This document shows positions 22,669 through 34,827 of a stretch of DNA of 34,827 nt, piece after piece (position 1 is the first letter of the stretch; every line of letters begins with the position of its first letter). The stretch lies in NCBI GenBank assembly GCA_051453625.1, contig JBOZIK010000001.1, positions 4,480,280 through 4,515,106 of the forward strand, written 5' to 3'. Under the pieces are notes generated by a model. It was given only the letters and a program-made list of their open reading frames with translations, ran no database searches and was not told the DNA's origin. Source of the stretch: Welwitschia mirabilis. Taxonomy: Eukaryota. The position numbers and the translations under genes were made by a program.

Positions 22669-25600
22669 AAATTTTTATAACATTTTCTTTATTTCTTTGT
22701 TGGCATTTTCAGCCTGTCCATTAGTTTGAGGATGATAAGCATAAGCTACTCTATGTTCTATGCCAATGAATAAAATAAGTTTCTTAAAAATTTGATTTAT
22801 GAAATGAGTACCATGATCACTAATGATAACTCTAGGAAAACCAAATCTCTAAAAGATATGAGTTCTAAGAAAATGACAGATGGTTTAGGCATCATTTAAA
22901 GAAGTAGGTATGGCTTTAACCCATTTAGTCACATGATCCAAATCCACTAAAATGTAATTTTTATCAAAATAATGTGGGTGAATAAGGCCTATGAAATAAA
23001 TACCCTAATNNNNNNNNNNNNNNNNNNNNNNNNNNNNNNNNNNNNNNNNNNNNNNNNNNNNNNNNNNNNNNNNNNNNNNNNNNNNNNNNNNNNNNNNNNN
23101 NNNNNNNNNNNNNNNNNNNNNNNNNNNNNNNNNNNNNNNNNNNNNNNNNNNNNNNNNNNNNNNNNNNNNNNNNNNNNNNNNNNNNNNNNNNNNNNNNNNN
23201 NNNNNNNNNNNNNNNNNNNNNNNNNNNNNTATCTCCTAATTAGGCACATATTTTCTCATGATTTAGTCATACACTTATGGTACAAATGTGGCTCAATCCA
23301 CTCATAGTCACCTATTTTATGGAAAAAAGATTTTATGTTCAAAATAGGTCTAATGTTTTGGTGTTTTCATGGTTACAAGATAGTTCACAATGTCGACATA
23401 TTATCGAGAAGGATGAGAAGAAAAGATAGTGAAAAGCTACTCATCAGAGAAGGAATCATTAATGATAGTATTNNNNNNNNNNNNNNNNNNNNNNNNNNNN
23501 NNNNNNNNNNNNNNNNNNNNNNNNNNNNNNNNNNNNNNNNNNNNNNNNNNNNNNNNNNNNNNNNNNNNNNNNNNNNNNNNNNNNNNNNNNNNNNNNNNNN
23601 NNNNNNNNNNNNNNNNNNNNNNNNNNNNNNNNNNNNNNNNNNNNNNNNNNNNNNNNNNNNNNNNNNNNNNNNNNNNNNNNNNNNNNNNNNNNNNNNNNNN
23701 NNNNNNNNNNNNNNNNNNNNNNNNNNNNNNNNNNNNNNNNNNNNNNNNNNNNNNNNNNNNNNNNNNNNNNNNNNNNNNNNNNNNNNNNNNNNNNNNNNNN
23801 NNNNNNNNNNNNNNNNNNNNNNNNNNNNNNNNNNNNNNNNNNNNNNNNNNNNNNNNNNNNNNNNNNNNNNNNNNNNNNNNNNNNNNNNNNNNNNNNNNNN
23901 NNNNNNNNNNNNNNNNNNNNNNNNNNNNNNNNNNNNNNNNNNNNNNNNNNNNNNNNNNNNNNNNNNNNNNNNNNNNNNNNNNNNNNNNNNNNNNNNNNNN
24001 NNNNNNNNNNNNNNNNNNNNNNNNNNNNNNNNNNNNNNNNNNNNNNNNNNNNNNNNNNNNNNNNNNNNNNCATTAATATAAAAGCCCAAAAGATAATATC
24101 TAAGAAAATCAAGGCAAAATATTATGGCTAGTATCTCTTTCTCTATAGTTCTATAGTTTATTTGAGCTATAGAAAAAGATTTTCTGTGGTAAGATATAAC
24201 TTTAAAATCATTTTTGTATTTTTGATAAAGAACCCCATCCAAGATAAAGTTACTCACATTACACATAAGCTTAAAATCAAGTTCCCAATTGGGTTCCATC
24301 ACTATAGGAGCATAAGACAATTTATGTTTAAGCCTATCGAAAGCAAGTTGACAAGATTCATTCCATTTAAATTTGACTTTTTTCTATAGTAACGAGTAAA
24401 GGGGTTTACAAATAGTAGCATAATAACGAATGAACCAATGGTAAATCCACAATAACTAAGAAAAGATTAGACCTGTTTAACATTTATAGGAGAACTAAGA
24501 TTTTAGATAATACTAACTTTAGAAGCATCCATCCTAATCCCCTCCCGAGAGATATGATGATCTAAAACAATGCCACTTTCTACAAGAAAAAGACTTTTTC
24601 CCAACTCAAGTGGAGGTTACTAGCAATGCAATGATCTAAGACTTTCTCTAAATGACCTAAGATTTATTTAAAAGTTTCAGCATAGATAGAGAAATCATCT
24701 ATGAAAATCTCAATAGAATCCTCAAGTATATTAGAAAAATACCCATCATAACACACTAAAAAGTACTAGGAGCATTACAATGTCCGAAAGGCATGCATTT
24801 AAAGGAAAAAGTACCAAAAGCAGAAGTAAAAGTGGTTTTGGCTTGGCCTTTGCTAGCAATAAAAACTTGATTGTAACCACTATAACCATCAAGAAAATAG
24901 TAAAAAGCATGAACCTAAATCCTATCACAAATCTGATCAAGAAAAGGCAAAGAAAAGTGGTCTTTTTGGATTACCTCACTAAGTTTTTAAAAGTCTATGC
25001 ACATATGCCATTTCCCATTCTTTTTAGAAACTAATGTTAAGGGGATAACCCACTCACTATCAGCAATGGAGTAAATGATTCCAGCATCTATTAGTGTAAT
25101 GATTTTATCTTTTACAATTTTCTTAAGGGCTAGATTAAGTCTATGTTAGGGTTACCATATAGGTTTAGCATTTTCTTTGAGGTACACTTTATGTTGCACA
25201 ATGGAAGTAGGTGTGGCTGTCCAATCGTTATGGTATCAAGAAAATGCATTTACCTTAAAGGATTAAGCTTAGATTTTTAGTTTGGAAAATTTGTAGGATA
25301 ATAAACTATCGTCTAGATGTCAGTAGTGGACGACTATCCTCAAAATAAGAAATCTTAAGTTTGCTAAATTCTTAGACTTTTGCACAGTTGATAGACTTAA
25401 ACTCTCTACTCTCCAGATCAAAAAACTCAGTTGTCAGATGGTTAAACTTAAGTTGATTATTAAAAACATATAGGTAGTCTACTTCTAATTTATCATCAAA
25501 TAGGGTTGATTTGTGAAGCATGGGCCATCTTTCCTCAAGTGGACAGTGCTGTAAAAATAGATTTAGCCTAATTTCTTCCTCCAAACCTAAATCATTGCCT

Positions 25601-28032
25601 AGATCTTTTTAAGCTGTATCAAAAACTCTTATTGAAAATTGTTTATTCTCAAAATGACACTTTATTAATCTGGTTCTTGTATCTCTGATATAGTGGGCTG
25701 TTGCACAAAAAGCTCTATTTAAAGTAAAGGATATGCACCATGGTTCTCAACTTCTAAAACAACTATATTAATGGGGTAGAAAAATTATTCTATTTGAATA
25801 ACCAAGTCCTTGATCACACCTAATGGTTTCTTCACAGAAGTATCAGCTAACTCTAAGATAATTTATGTAGGTTCTACTCTTGCTTCTAAAACAAGTCATT
25901 AAAGAATGTGCAAGGGCATAATGTTGATACTAGCTCCAATGTCTATTACAGATTTCTTTATCCTACGGTTTCCTTTTAAAGTGACACTTACAGTTACCAC
26001 CCTAGGATCTTTAAAATTTTAACATCTTTGAAAATCCAGGTTGCTAATGGATTGAGCTAGGAAGACTTTATTAGGGTTCGTTCATTTTTGTTTTCTTCTT
26101 ATTAAGTCTTTCTATAGCTTAGAATACCTTAGATTTTCTTGCAAAGGTTTCCAAAATGGTAAGTTGATACTCACATTTTACATTAAGGCTTTAAGATGAT
26201 CATTAAAAAGGAGGTTTGTGTTAAGCCTATTAAACCATGGGGTAGCAGGTTTCTTTTGTGAAGGATATTTCTTTTTGTTACTTAATAAAGAAGGGAAAGA
26301 AGATTTCTGTGTCTTCTTCCTCATCATTCTTGTCACTTTGTGATGTTAAAGCCTCATGGGTAGGAGGAGTTATGTCATTTCCACTTCTTATCATCACCTT
26401 ACAATCTTTTCTTACTTAATTTGGATTCAGTAAATGTTGAGTAGCAAGAGACACTTATGGTCTTTGGTTGGCAAGCATAGTTTGTTATAAAATGCTTACA
26501 AGGTTTTCTACATTGGTGTTTATCTTTTTTTATGCTTTTCTTAACTCCTCAATAGAATTCCTAAGAGGATCACTATGGTTTTGGAGTTAGATGAGCTTGC
26601 CAAGTTGTTTGAGTTGTTGAATTAAAAGTTTGAGTCCTTAAATCTATTTTTGAAGGGTTGGAAGTTTAGATGGTGTGTTTGAAACTTTTTAGAGTTGGAT
26701 TGTTCACTCATCCTATGTTGAAAGTTGTTATGATTTTGGACTTGTCTTTGATTTTGGTTGTATTTTGAATATCTTTGGTTAAAGGCACAAACTTCCTTAT
26801 AAATTTTCTCTTTTTATAGGAAATAAGGGATAATCGTTTGTAACATGGTAACTATCTTCACACAAATCACATGTTGGAATTATAAATTCACTCTTCTTGG
26901 TTGCTACCTTAGCATCAAGAATCATTTGGGTGTATTTCTCTAAGATAGAGGTGAAATCCTTTATAACATTAGTTGGTTTATTTTTGGTTCTTATTTCATT
27001 CTTCTCATGTCTTACCTATTTTAGATATTTAATGATTTGGCCTACAGTTTGGTTTTCTCTAGGTAAGAGTTTAAGTAATGTTTGACTCACTTTTACCAAA
27101 TCTTCCAACACTTTCTAAGCATCATCTAAGATTTGGTTCAACAAGTTGCCTCCACATGAAAAATCTACAAGTTGCTTTGTATGACTATTTAATCCACNNN
27201 NNNNNNNNNNNNNNNNNNNNNNNNNNNNNNNNNNNNNNNNNNNNNNNNNNNNNNNNNNNNNNNNNNNNNNNNNNNNNNNNNNNNNNNNNNNNNNNNNNNN
27301 NNNNNNNNNNNNNNNNNNNNNNNNNNNNNNNNNNNNNNNNNNNNNNNNNNNNNNNNNNNNNNNNNNNNNNNNNNNNNNNNNNNNNNNNNNNNNNNNNNNN
27401 NNNNNNNNNNNNNNNNNNNNNNNNNNNNNNNNNNNNNNNNNNNNNNNNNNNNNNNNNNNNNNNNNNNNNNNNNNNNNNNNNNNNNNNNNNNNNNNNNNNN
27501 NNNNNNNNNNNNNNNNNNNNNNNNNNNNNNNNNNNNNNNNNNNNNNNNNNNNNNNNNNNNNNNNNNNNNNNNNNNNNNNNNNNNNNNNNNNNNNNNNNNN
27601 NNNNNNNNNNNNNNNNNNNNNNNNNNNNNNNNNNNNNNNNNNNNNNNNNNNNNNNNNNNNNNNNNNNNNNNNNNNNNNNNNNNNNNNNNNNNNNNNNNNN
27701 NNNNNNNNNNNNNNNNNNNNNNNNNNNNNNNNNNNNNNNNNNNNNNNNNNNNNNNNNNNNNNNNNNNNNNNNATTTAATAAGTTGCCTCTATAAAAAAAT
27801 CTACAAGTTGCTTTGTATGACTATTTAATCCACTATAAAAATAGTCAACCTGTTTTACCTGTGAAAAGACATCTACAGGGTTCGAATGTAAAGCTACTAA
27901 GAATCTCATAGACAAAGGCATAATATTTGTTAGGCATTTGTTAGAAGTTGGTAATTTTTTCTTACACTTCCCGATGATTCTTTCACTCATAAATCTCTTA
28001 ATAAGGGCTTTCTAAACTTGACTCCAAGATTT
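22669..28032 (-). mobile_element. Second Athila-like gag-pol (element B, same family), gapped and truncated
   Basis: Collinear with 18003-22512: AYHPQTNGQ ~22740-22714, RNase H NYRTIEKEILAI, RT, VIDIGASINIMP ~25950-25915, CDLCEDSYHVT knuckle ~26871-26838, gag ORF 27775-27990. Confidence 0.92.
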
Positions 28033-30486
28033 TGGTTTTAATTAGACAAAGATGTGCACTTTTTATTAGCAGATACACTACTACCATTATGACATGAATC
28101 CTTCCTTTAATTTAGATAAATTTGTAACAAAATTTATCCCAAGGATCTCTCATTTTGATTTCAATACTTCATGAGGATATAAAATTCCTACTAGGTGTTT
28201 ATGCTTTGCTTTAAGTAGCTAATAAGTCATCCATTTTGTTACATAGTCAACCATTTTAGATTTCATTCCTGACAATAAATAATATTGCTTGATATTTTTA
28301 CACATTTGATTAATCCTTGAGTGAATAGAGTACTTGGATAAATGAAATTTCTAAAAAATTATCTTCTTGATATGCTTAAAACTGGGTACCATAACCTTAT
28401 CCAAATGGTTTTTCCAAACTTAATTTAGAGATATCAAATCCTCCTATTCCTTCTTCTCTGACCTTCTTGCATAGGGGACAATATTACTAAGCATTAAATA
28501 TTATCTCAAAAAAATTAGTACTTACCCTTAGGCTATGGATTTTCTTGCTTTCTTCTACTTAAAACATCAAACACCACATTTACTTTACCTGCATGAAAAT
28601 TCACTATTATATCCTAATATTGTAACAACTCCACTCATCTTCTCTGCTTGAGATTTAGGTTGGGATGGGTATGAATATACTTCAAACTCTTATGATCTGT
28701 CCAGATTTCTATGTGCTTCCCATACATGTAATGCCTTCAAATTTTTAGTGCATAAATTACTATGGCTGATTTCAAATCATGAATTAGATAATTCTTTTTC
28801 ATGATCTTTTAATATTTTCGAGGCATATGTAATAACCTTACCATCTTACATCAAAATTGCTCCTATTCCTTCACTTGATGATCAGTAAAAGCTACACAAG
28901 GTTTCCTTGGTTCTCACATCTTTAGAATAGGTGCTGAATTGATGGTTGATTTTAATGTTTGAAAAGATCCTTCACATCAATCAGTCTATGCAAATATAGG
29001 TTTTTTCTTAATAAATAGATTAAATAAATAGCATTCTTGGAGAAGTTGGCAACAAACCTTTTATAATAACCTACAAAACCAAGGAAACTTCTTATTTTTA
29101 ATATTGATTCTAGTCTAAGCCAGTTCACCACTAACTAAACCTTATCATAATCTACATTAACTCCTTTTCTAATATTACATGACTTAAAAATTTAATTTTT
29201 GATAGCTAAAAATCATATTTTTTAAGATATGTATAGAAGTTATTTCTTCTTAAGGTATCTAACATTAACCTCAGATGTTGTTCATATGCCTCCTTTGTTA
29301 GAAAGTACATTAGCACATCATTAATAAAAACTAACATAAATTCGTTGAGGTATTCTCTAAATACATTATTCATGATTGTCATAAATGCTACTCAAGCATT
29401 AGTGAGATCAAAAAAAATAACCTTGAATTCAAAATGTTCATACTGAGTTCTAAAGGCATTTTTAAGAATATCCTCTAACTTAATTTGAATTTGGTGATAT
29501 TTTGATTTAAGATCCATTTTAGAAAATAGTTTTTCATACTTCAACTAATCAAATAGATCTTTTATTCTTGACAAGAATAGCTATTCTTGATCGTTACCTG
29601 ATTTAGCATTCTGTAATCTACACAGAGTCTTAGACCACCATCCTTCTTTTTTAACAAATAAGACTAATGCATCCCAAAGAGATATACTTGGTTATAGACC
29701 TTTATCTAGTAAGGATGATAGCTATGCTTTTAGTTCTGCCACCTCAATTGGAGACACTTTGTAAGAGGATCTAGATATAGGTTCTGCACCAAGTTTTGAA
29801 GTTATTTCAAAATCCTCTATCTTACTAGGAGGGTGTCCTAGTAATTCATCTCGAAATACATCTCTATACTCTTGCACTACTGGAATTTTGAAATTTTTGG
29901 CTAGATTTGTAAGAATAATATGTATTTCAATCTACGAAATGCCTTCTCTCTTCTAACTTCCCTTTTAAGTTACTTACCTATAATTATATTTAACGTAATA
30001 TGACTAGGTTTAATTAGTAATTGGATTATCTCATTTCCATGGCCTAAAACTGTAACTTTTCTAAAGTAGTAGTCTATTTGAGTTTTATTCTTCTAAATTC
30101 ATGCCTAGAATGATATCAAAAAGGCTTAATTCTAAAATTAGAAGCTAAACTTGAAATGAATAATCACCAATGTCCAAATTGCACATGGAAGTTTTACCAA
30201 TAGTTCTAATTTTACTGCCATCTAGAAGTTCCACTACTAATTACTTCTCTCTTACAATTCACCCTCTAGGATTTTGACTACATTAGTTAGAGATCTATAA
30301 TTAGTAGGAGGAATTACTTATCTTGTAGAAGTCATGAGTCAGATCTTGTAAGGTCTTAAATTATACTATCAGTAAGCAGAATTTATTAAATCTAAGGCTT
30401 TGATACCAAAATGTCATAACCATAATCCAACACCCTCACAAAAACCAAGAATAGTTATTAACTTAAACTTTTTCTTAATTAGAGTG
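28033..30486 (-). mobile_element. Tekay/Del-like Ty3/gypsy element: part of the 5' LTR, PBS, partial PR, RT, RNase H, N-terminal integrase; gag missing
   Basis: FDIILGM ~30122-30102, DVFRDELLGHPP ~29862-29827, [10 protein letters not shown] ~29642-29613, KMDLKSKYHQI, LVFINDVL, WTDHKSLKY, HAGKVNVV, and integrase zinc-finger/NFVT relics ending near 28033. Confidence 0.9.
30396..30408 (-). other. Primer-binding site complementary to initiator tRNA-Met
   Basis: Minus strand TGGTATCAAAGCC, 3 nt from an LTR end ...GGTTATGACA (plus strand TGTCATAACC at 30412). Confidence 0.85.
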
Positions 30487-30749
30487 NNNNNNNNNNNNNN
30501 NNNNNNNNNNNNNNNNNNNNNNNNNNNNNNNNNNNNNNTTTAATACTAAATCATTAATATGTGCTACTAAAATAAAAACATTAAGATTTTCTTAGACGAA
30601 TTAATGATATAGTAACTTCTTTCTATTAAAATTTGGCTAAATAATTTCCTATGTATAAATAATTTAAAAAGTAAGCTTACTTAATTAAGAAAAGATATCT
30701 TTGGTTAGGATTATATTTTCTTCCCAAAGCTATAATATGTTTAAGTGTT

Positions 30750-31832
30750 TATTCTTTTGTTAACATCTAAAGTTACCCTTCTATATTAGCTTTTAAAAGT
30801 TTAAAACTTTGGAGAGAAGCACTAAAAGGGTTCAATGAGGTTCATGTAAGGAAATTTTCACTTATTAAAATTTTCTCTTAAACATTTTTTTCTAAGACCC
30901 AAAGTTTACCCTTCTATATTAGCTTTTCAAAGTCTAAAAACTTTGGAGAGTAATACTAAAAGAGTTCCTTGGGATTTATGTGGAAATATTTTTACTTATT
31001 AAAAACTTTCTCTTAATAGATCTTTTATGATACCCCAAGGGTTACACTTTTATATTAGCTTTCCAAAGTCTAAGAACTTTGAAGAACAGTACCAAAATAA
31101 TTCTTCTATATTAGCTTTCTAAAGTCTAAAAACCTTGGAGAGTAGCGCTAAAAGGGTTCAATGGGATTCATGTGAGGAAATTTTCACTTATTAAGATTTT
31201 CTCTTAAACATTTTTTTATTAAGACCCAATGTTTACCCTTCTATATTAGCTTTTCAAAGTCTAAAAACTTTGGAGAGTAGTACTAAAAGAGTTCCTTGGG
31301 ATTTATGTCAAAATATTTTTACTTATTAAAAATTTTCTCTTGATAGATATTTTATTAAGCCCCAAGGGTTACCCTTATAATATTAGCTTTCCAAAGTCTA
31401 AGTGATTTGAAAACCAACACTAAAAAAGTTCTTTGGGATGGCTTTTCAAAATTCAAGCACTTTTAAGAGCATTACTTGTTACAACTTTCTCTTAAAAATT
31501 CTTTTATTAAGACCCAAAGATTATCCTTCTATATTAGCTTCTGCTAAGCTTAAGAACTTTAGAGAGCAATATTAAAAGGATTCTTTAGGGTAGATTTTTA
31601 AAGCTTAAGTACTTTGAAAAGCGTCAAAAAAAGGATTCATTAGAATTCATGTGAGGACATTTTTACTTATTAAGACTTTTCCTTAAAGGTTCTTTTATTA
31701 AACCCTAAGGGCTACCCTTCTATATTAGCTTTCCAAAGTCCAAGAACTTTGGATAGCAATGACAAAAGTGTTTCTTAGGTTAGCTTTCCAAAGTTTAAGT
31801 ACTTTAGAGAGTATTACAAAGGGATTCATTAG
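30750..31832. repeat. Degenerate tandem array, ~135-bp monomer with ~327-bp higher-order duplication
   Basis: Anchor (c)tatattagct at 30781, 30914, 31051, 31106, 31241, ~31381, 31529 and 31720; the array is cut at 31832 by the LTR. Confidence 0.9.
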
Positions 31833-33026
31833 TGTTATGATGCAAAAAAACACATGCTAGTATAGACGAGAGTTCACTCGAATGTCATAATCCCAATGAA
31901 GACACTAGGCTCAGAGTTAGAGAATTGATTTTCAAAAGTGTTTTTAGTCTTTTTATCTTTTAACAACTGAAAGCAAATGACAAATTAAAATGCAATGCAA
32001 AGTAAATGAAGATGAAATACAAATAGAAGTGAAATGAATTCTATTAGATCCTAATCCTCCTGTCACAAGAACTAGATTTATTATAATTTAAATTAATTAA
32101 GAAGAGTACTTAACTTATTCCTAATCAGTGTGAACTATGAGATATACCAAATAGAATATGGAATGCAATGTAGAATAGAAATGAAATAACAATGCAAAAC
32201 TAAACTAAGCAAAGTTAACCTTGACAAAGGTTGCCCTTATGATCTAAATAAATTATAGAATCATCACTTAAACTATAACCAACTTAAACTATAAGGGATA
32301 TAAACAAAATTGGAATAAAAAGAGTAATTGTATTGATTCAAATAACTTTAATCCATTTATAACAAAGCAGTAGCATCTTAATAGTAGAGACTTAGCCTAA
32401 CACCAAGGGAACTCTTCTCTATAGCTACTGATGGATCTCTTATCCTTCCATCTTCTGTTACAAGCATATTAGGTATAAAATATGGAAATAGAAATGAAGG
32501 AGGACAAGGGTATTTATAGTTTTACATTAAAGTTCTAGAAGCTCATCCCTAGAAGTCGAAAAAGAAATCCTAACAACCCAAATGGGTCGCTTAACCCCAT
32601 TACAAAGATAATGCTTTTCGATCATAAAAAAAAGGTGTTTTCTTGACTATCGTGGAGATGATAGAGGGGATGTCACTCCAGGTCAAAAGGCACTTCATTA
32701 GCTTTAGGCCCTACTGTCAACTCCACAACTTTTATCCATGTTAGCAATGCTATCGTCCTGCCTATCATAGGAATAACAGAGGGAATGATAGGCTTTCTTA
32801 TCTTCAATCTCAAAGGTAAATCAGTCTTCTACATGGTGAATCCTTTTTCGAAGTATGAAGTATCAAAATAACCTTAAGAAACCTTCAAATATTTTAAGAA
32901 TTGCATGTTTTAATGATCAACCTGTCATATCTCCATAATCATGAGTATTACATCCAAACCTATATAAATGTCCTACAAAAGCACTCAAAATACACCATTA
33001 AATTGCTACAAATTGGCATCATAACA
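31833..33026 (-). repeat. 3' LTR (1194 bp) of Athila-like element C
   Basis: Perfect 11-bp terminal inverted repeats TGTTATGATGC...GCATCATAACA; followed by a PPT (minus CTAAGTAGGAGGCTA, 33027-33041); homologous to 9486-10566. Confidence 0.9.
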
Positions 33027-34827
33027 TAGCCTCCTACTTAGCCTTATCAGTCCCTGACAAAGTGAGTGGTCAAATATATTGTAAGTTAATTTAACTAAGA
33101 TAAAACATCACTTAGAAAAAATGTAAATTGAGCTTAATTAAATCATGTAGGAATTAGATATAAAAAACCAATCAACTAATACAAATACTTAAATATTCCT
33201 AAGCCTCCTACTTAATCATGTTACCATAGAATGAATGAATGTCATACACATACATATAAAAATCATAAAATATAACATTGATAACCTAAAGGATGATAAT
33301 GTGTATGCAAAATAGTGATAATGGACTCATGTGATAAACTTAAGTAGTGCTAATTTCAGAAGAGTGATGCATTTAAGTTTGTTAGTGTAATCCATAAGGG
33401 AAAAGGACAAGAGTAAATATAGCATTCTTTTTAGATGATCTGAAACATAGCTACAAGAAAACTCTGTGAAAGTGCTATTTTACTCCTGCAAGATAAAGTC
33501 CATGAATCTTATTCAATTTAATATGAAATCTAATCTAAATAACTCATCATATATATGTAACGTGAAAGCTCAAACTATGATTCTTTTAATTTAAAATTTA
33601 TGCTCAAAATCACAGAAGAAAGCCCAGAAAGATGTCCTGCCTCCCCCCTCTCACAGGAGAAGCAAGACACCCCAAATTGCACTAAAGAAAAAGGACGAAT
33701 ATCATCCTAGTTATAATGGGGATGACAGACGTGAAATGACAGTGATCAAATAAGCTGTTTGGAGAGAAAAGACAAACTAAAAAAATTCTGAAAGCAAGCA
33801 AATACATAAAAAACAGCAAAAAAATTAGAAAGAAGGTAGAAAATGAAGAAAGAGCCTAAAAAACCTACCCATGATGGAGAGGGACACATGAAAGAAAATG
33901 TGAAAATAGAAGAAAATGCACTAAGTAGAAAGAAACAATGCTTAAAGACTCCACAAATGTTTCCAAACTCAAGGAAAAAGAAGAACTAGAACTCATCAGA
34001 GCATGAAAACCTATCAAAAAGAGAATAAAAATCCTTAATAGAAACTAGGGAAAAACATCAACAAGAAACTAGAAAATGATTGAATCCCCAATATTATGCT
34101 AAAAAAGTTAGAAATTGACTTTGAAAAATCTAACAAAATAACTAAAGAAAAATAAAAGGAAAATGAACAACTAGGAACATAAAGAAGATTGCTTACTTAT
34201 CCTAAATTCTAACTTAACAAATTCCCTTGGCAAAAATTATAAAATCACTTGATAAAAGATGTATGATAGTATGTAAAAACTTATAAAGTACTACTCAAAT
34301 TCCATTTTNNNNNNNNNNNNNNNNNNNNNNNNNNNNNNNNNNNNNNNNNNNNNNNNNNNNNNNNNNNNNNNNNNNNNNNNNNNNNNNNNNNNNNNNNNNN
34401 NNNNNNNNNNNNNNNNNNNNNNNNNNNNNNNNNNNNNNNNNNNNNNNNNNNNNNNNNNNNNNNNNNNNNNNNNNNNNNNNNNNNNNNNNNNNNNNNNNNN
34501 NNNNNNNNNNNNNNNNNNNNNNNNNNNNNNNNNNNNNNNNNNNNNNNNNNNNNNNNNNNNNNNNNNNNAAGGAGTAAGGACCTATATAGCATGGCCTACT
34601 AAGCCCCCATTAGAGTTCCCACAGCCATCATATCACACTACTAAAGGCCCCTCTTAGGAAAATTTACCCTGGTGCACTTGCGGTAGGAGATCATGATGAC
34701 TATATTTGTGAGATATAACATGAAAGAGCATAGTTTTTATTCATCTTCTCTTTCTTCTTTTTGCTTTTTTATTTTCTTTTCTTTGTTTTCATTTTCTTTT
34801 TTTTCCTTTTTTTCCTTTTTTTCCTTT
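31833..34827 (-). mobile_element. Athila-like element C: 3' LTR, PPT and 3' internal noncoding region, continuing beyond the window
   Basis: 34187-34210 matches 16586-16610 (gattg.ttac.tatcctaa) and 34595-34700 matches 16935-17030 (cccc..tagagtt.cc.acagc...aa.tttacc.tggtgc). Confidence 0.8.

Noticed and set aside
22972-24320. Long ORFs of 200-311 aa in the track (also 27078-27794 and 34281-34592)
   Set aside because: Artefacts of translating N runs.
30750-31832. CRISPR-like array
   Set aside because: The sequences between anchors are homologous to each other, there are no cas genes, and the context is plant nuclear DNA.
9486-33026. The two homologous LTRs as the paired ends of one 23.5-kb element
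   Set aside because: Both are followed on the right by a PPT, so both are 3' LTRs. They are strongly diverged and no shared TSD is present.

Overview
AT-rich land-plant nuclear DNA from a gapped draft assembly (8 N-runs). Positions 1 to about 2.4 kb look like the 5' end of a minus-strand host gene: a CpG-retaining promoter, a long and probably spliced leader containing several uORFs, and the start of a Gly-rich ORF running off the left edge. One 43-aa uORF (2163-2294) resembles, from memory, the conserved-peptide uORFs of LONESOME HIGHWAY-family bHLH genes. The remaining ~32 kb is nested, heavily C>T/G>A-decayed retroelements. These are: a minus-strand L1-type LINE that appears to carry an extra ORF directly after ORF2; an Athila-like Ty3/gypsy inserted into that LINE (3' LTR, PPT, two diverged env-like accessory ORF units, gag-pol); a second Athila-like gag-pol; a gag-deleted Tekay/Del-like element with a tRNA-Met PBS; a ~135-bp tandem array with ~327-bp higher-order structure; and a related Athila-like 3' LTR whose internal region lacks the env-like ORF. 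No intact TE ORFs, RNA genes or CRISPR arrays were seen. All family assignments rest on hand translation and recalled motifs, not on database searches.
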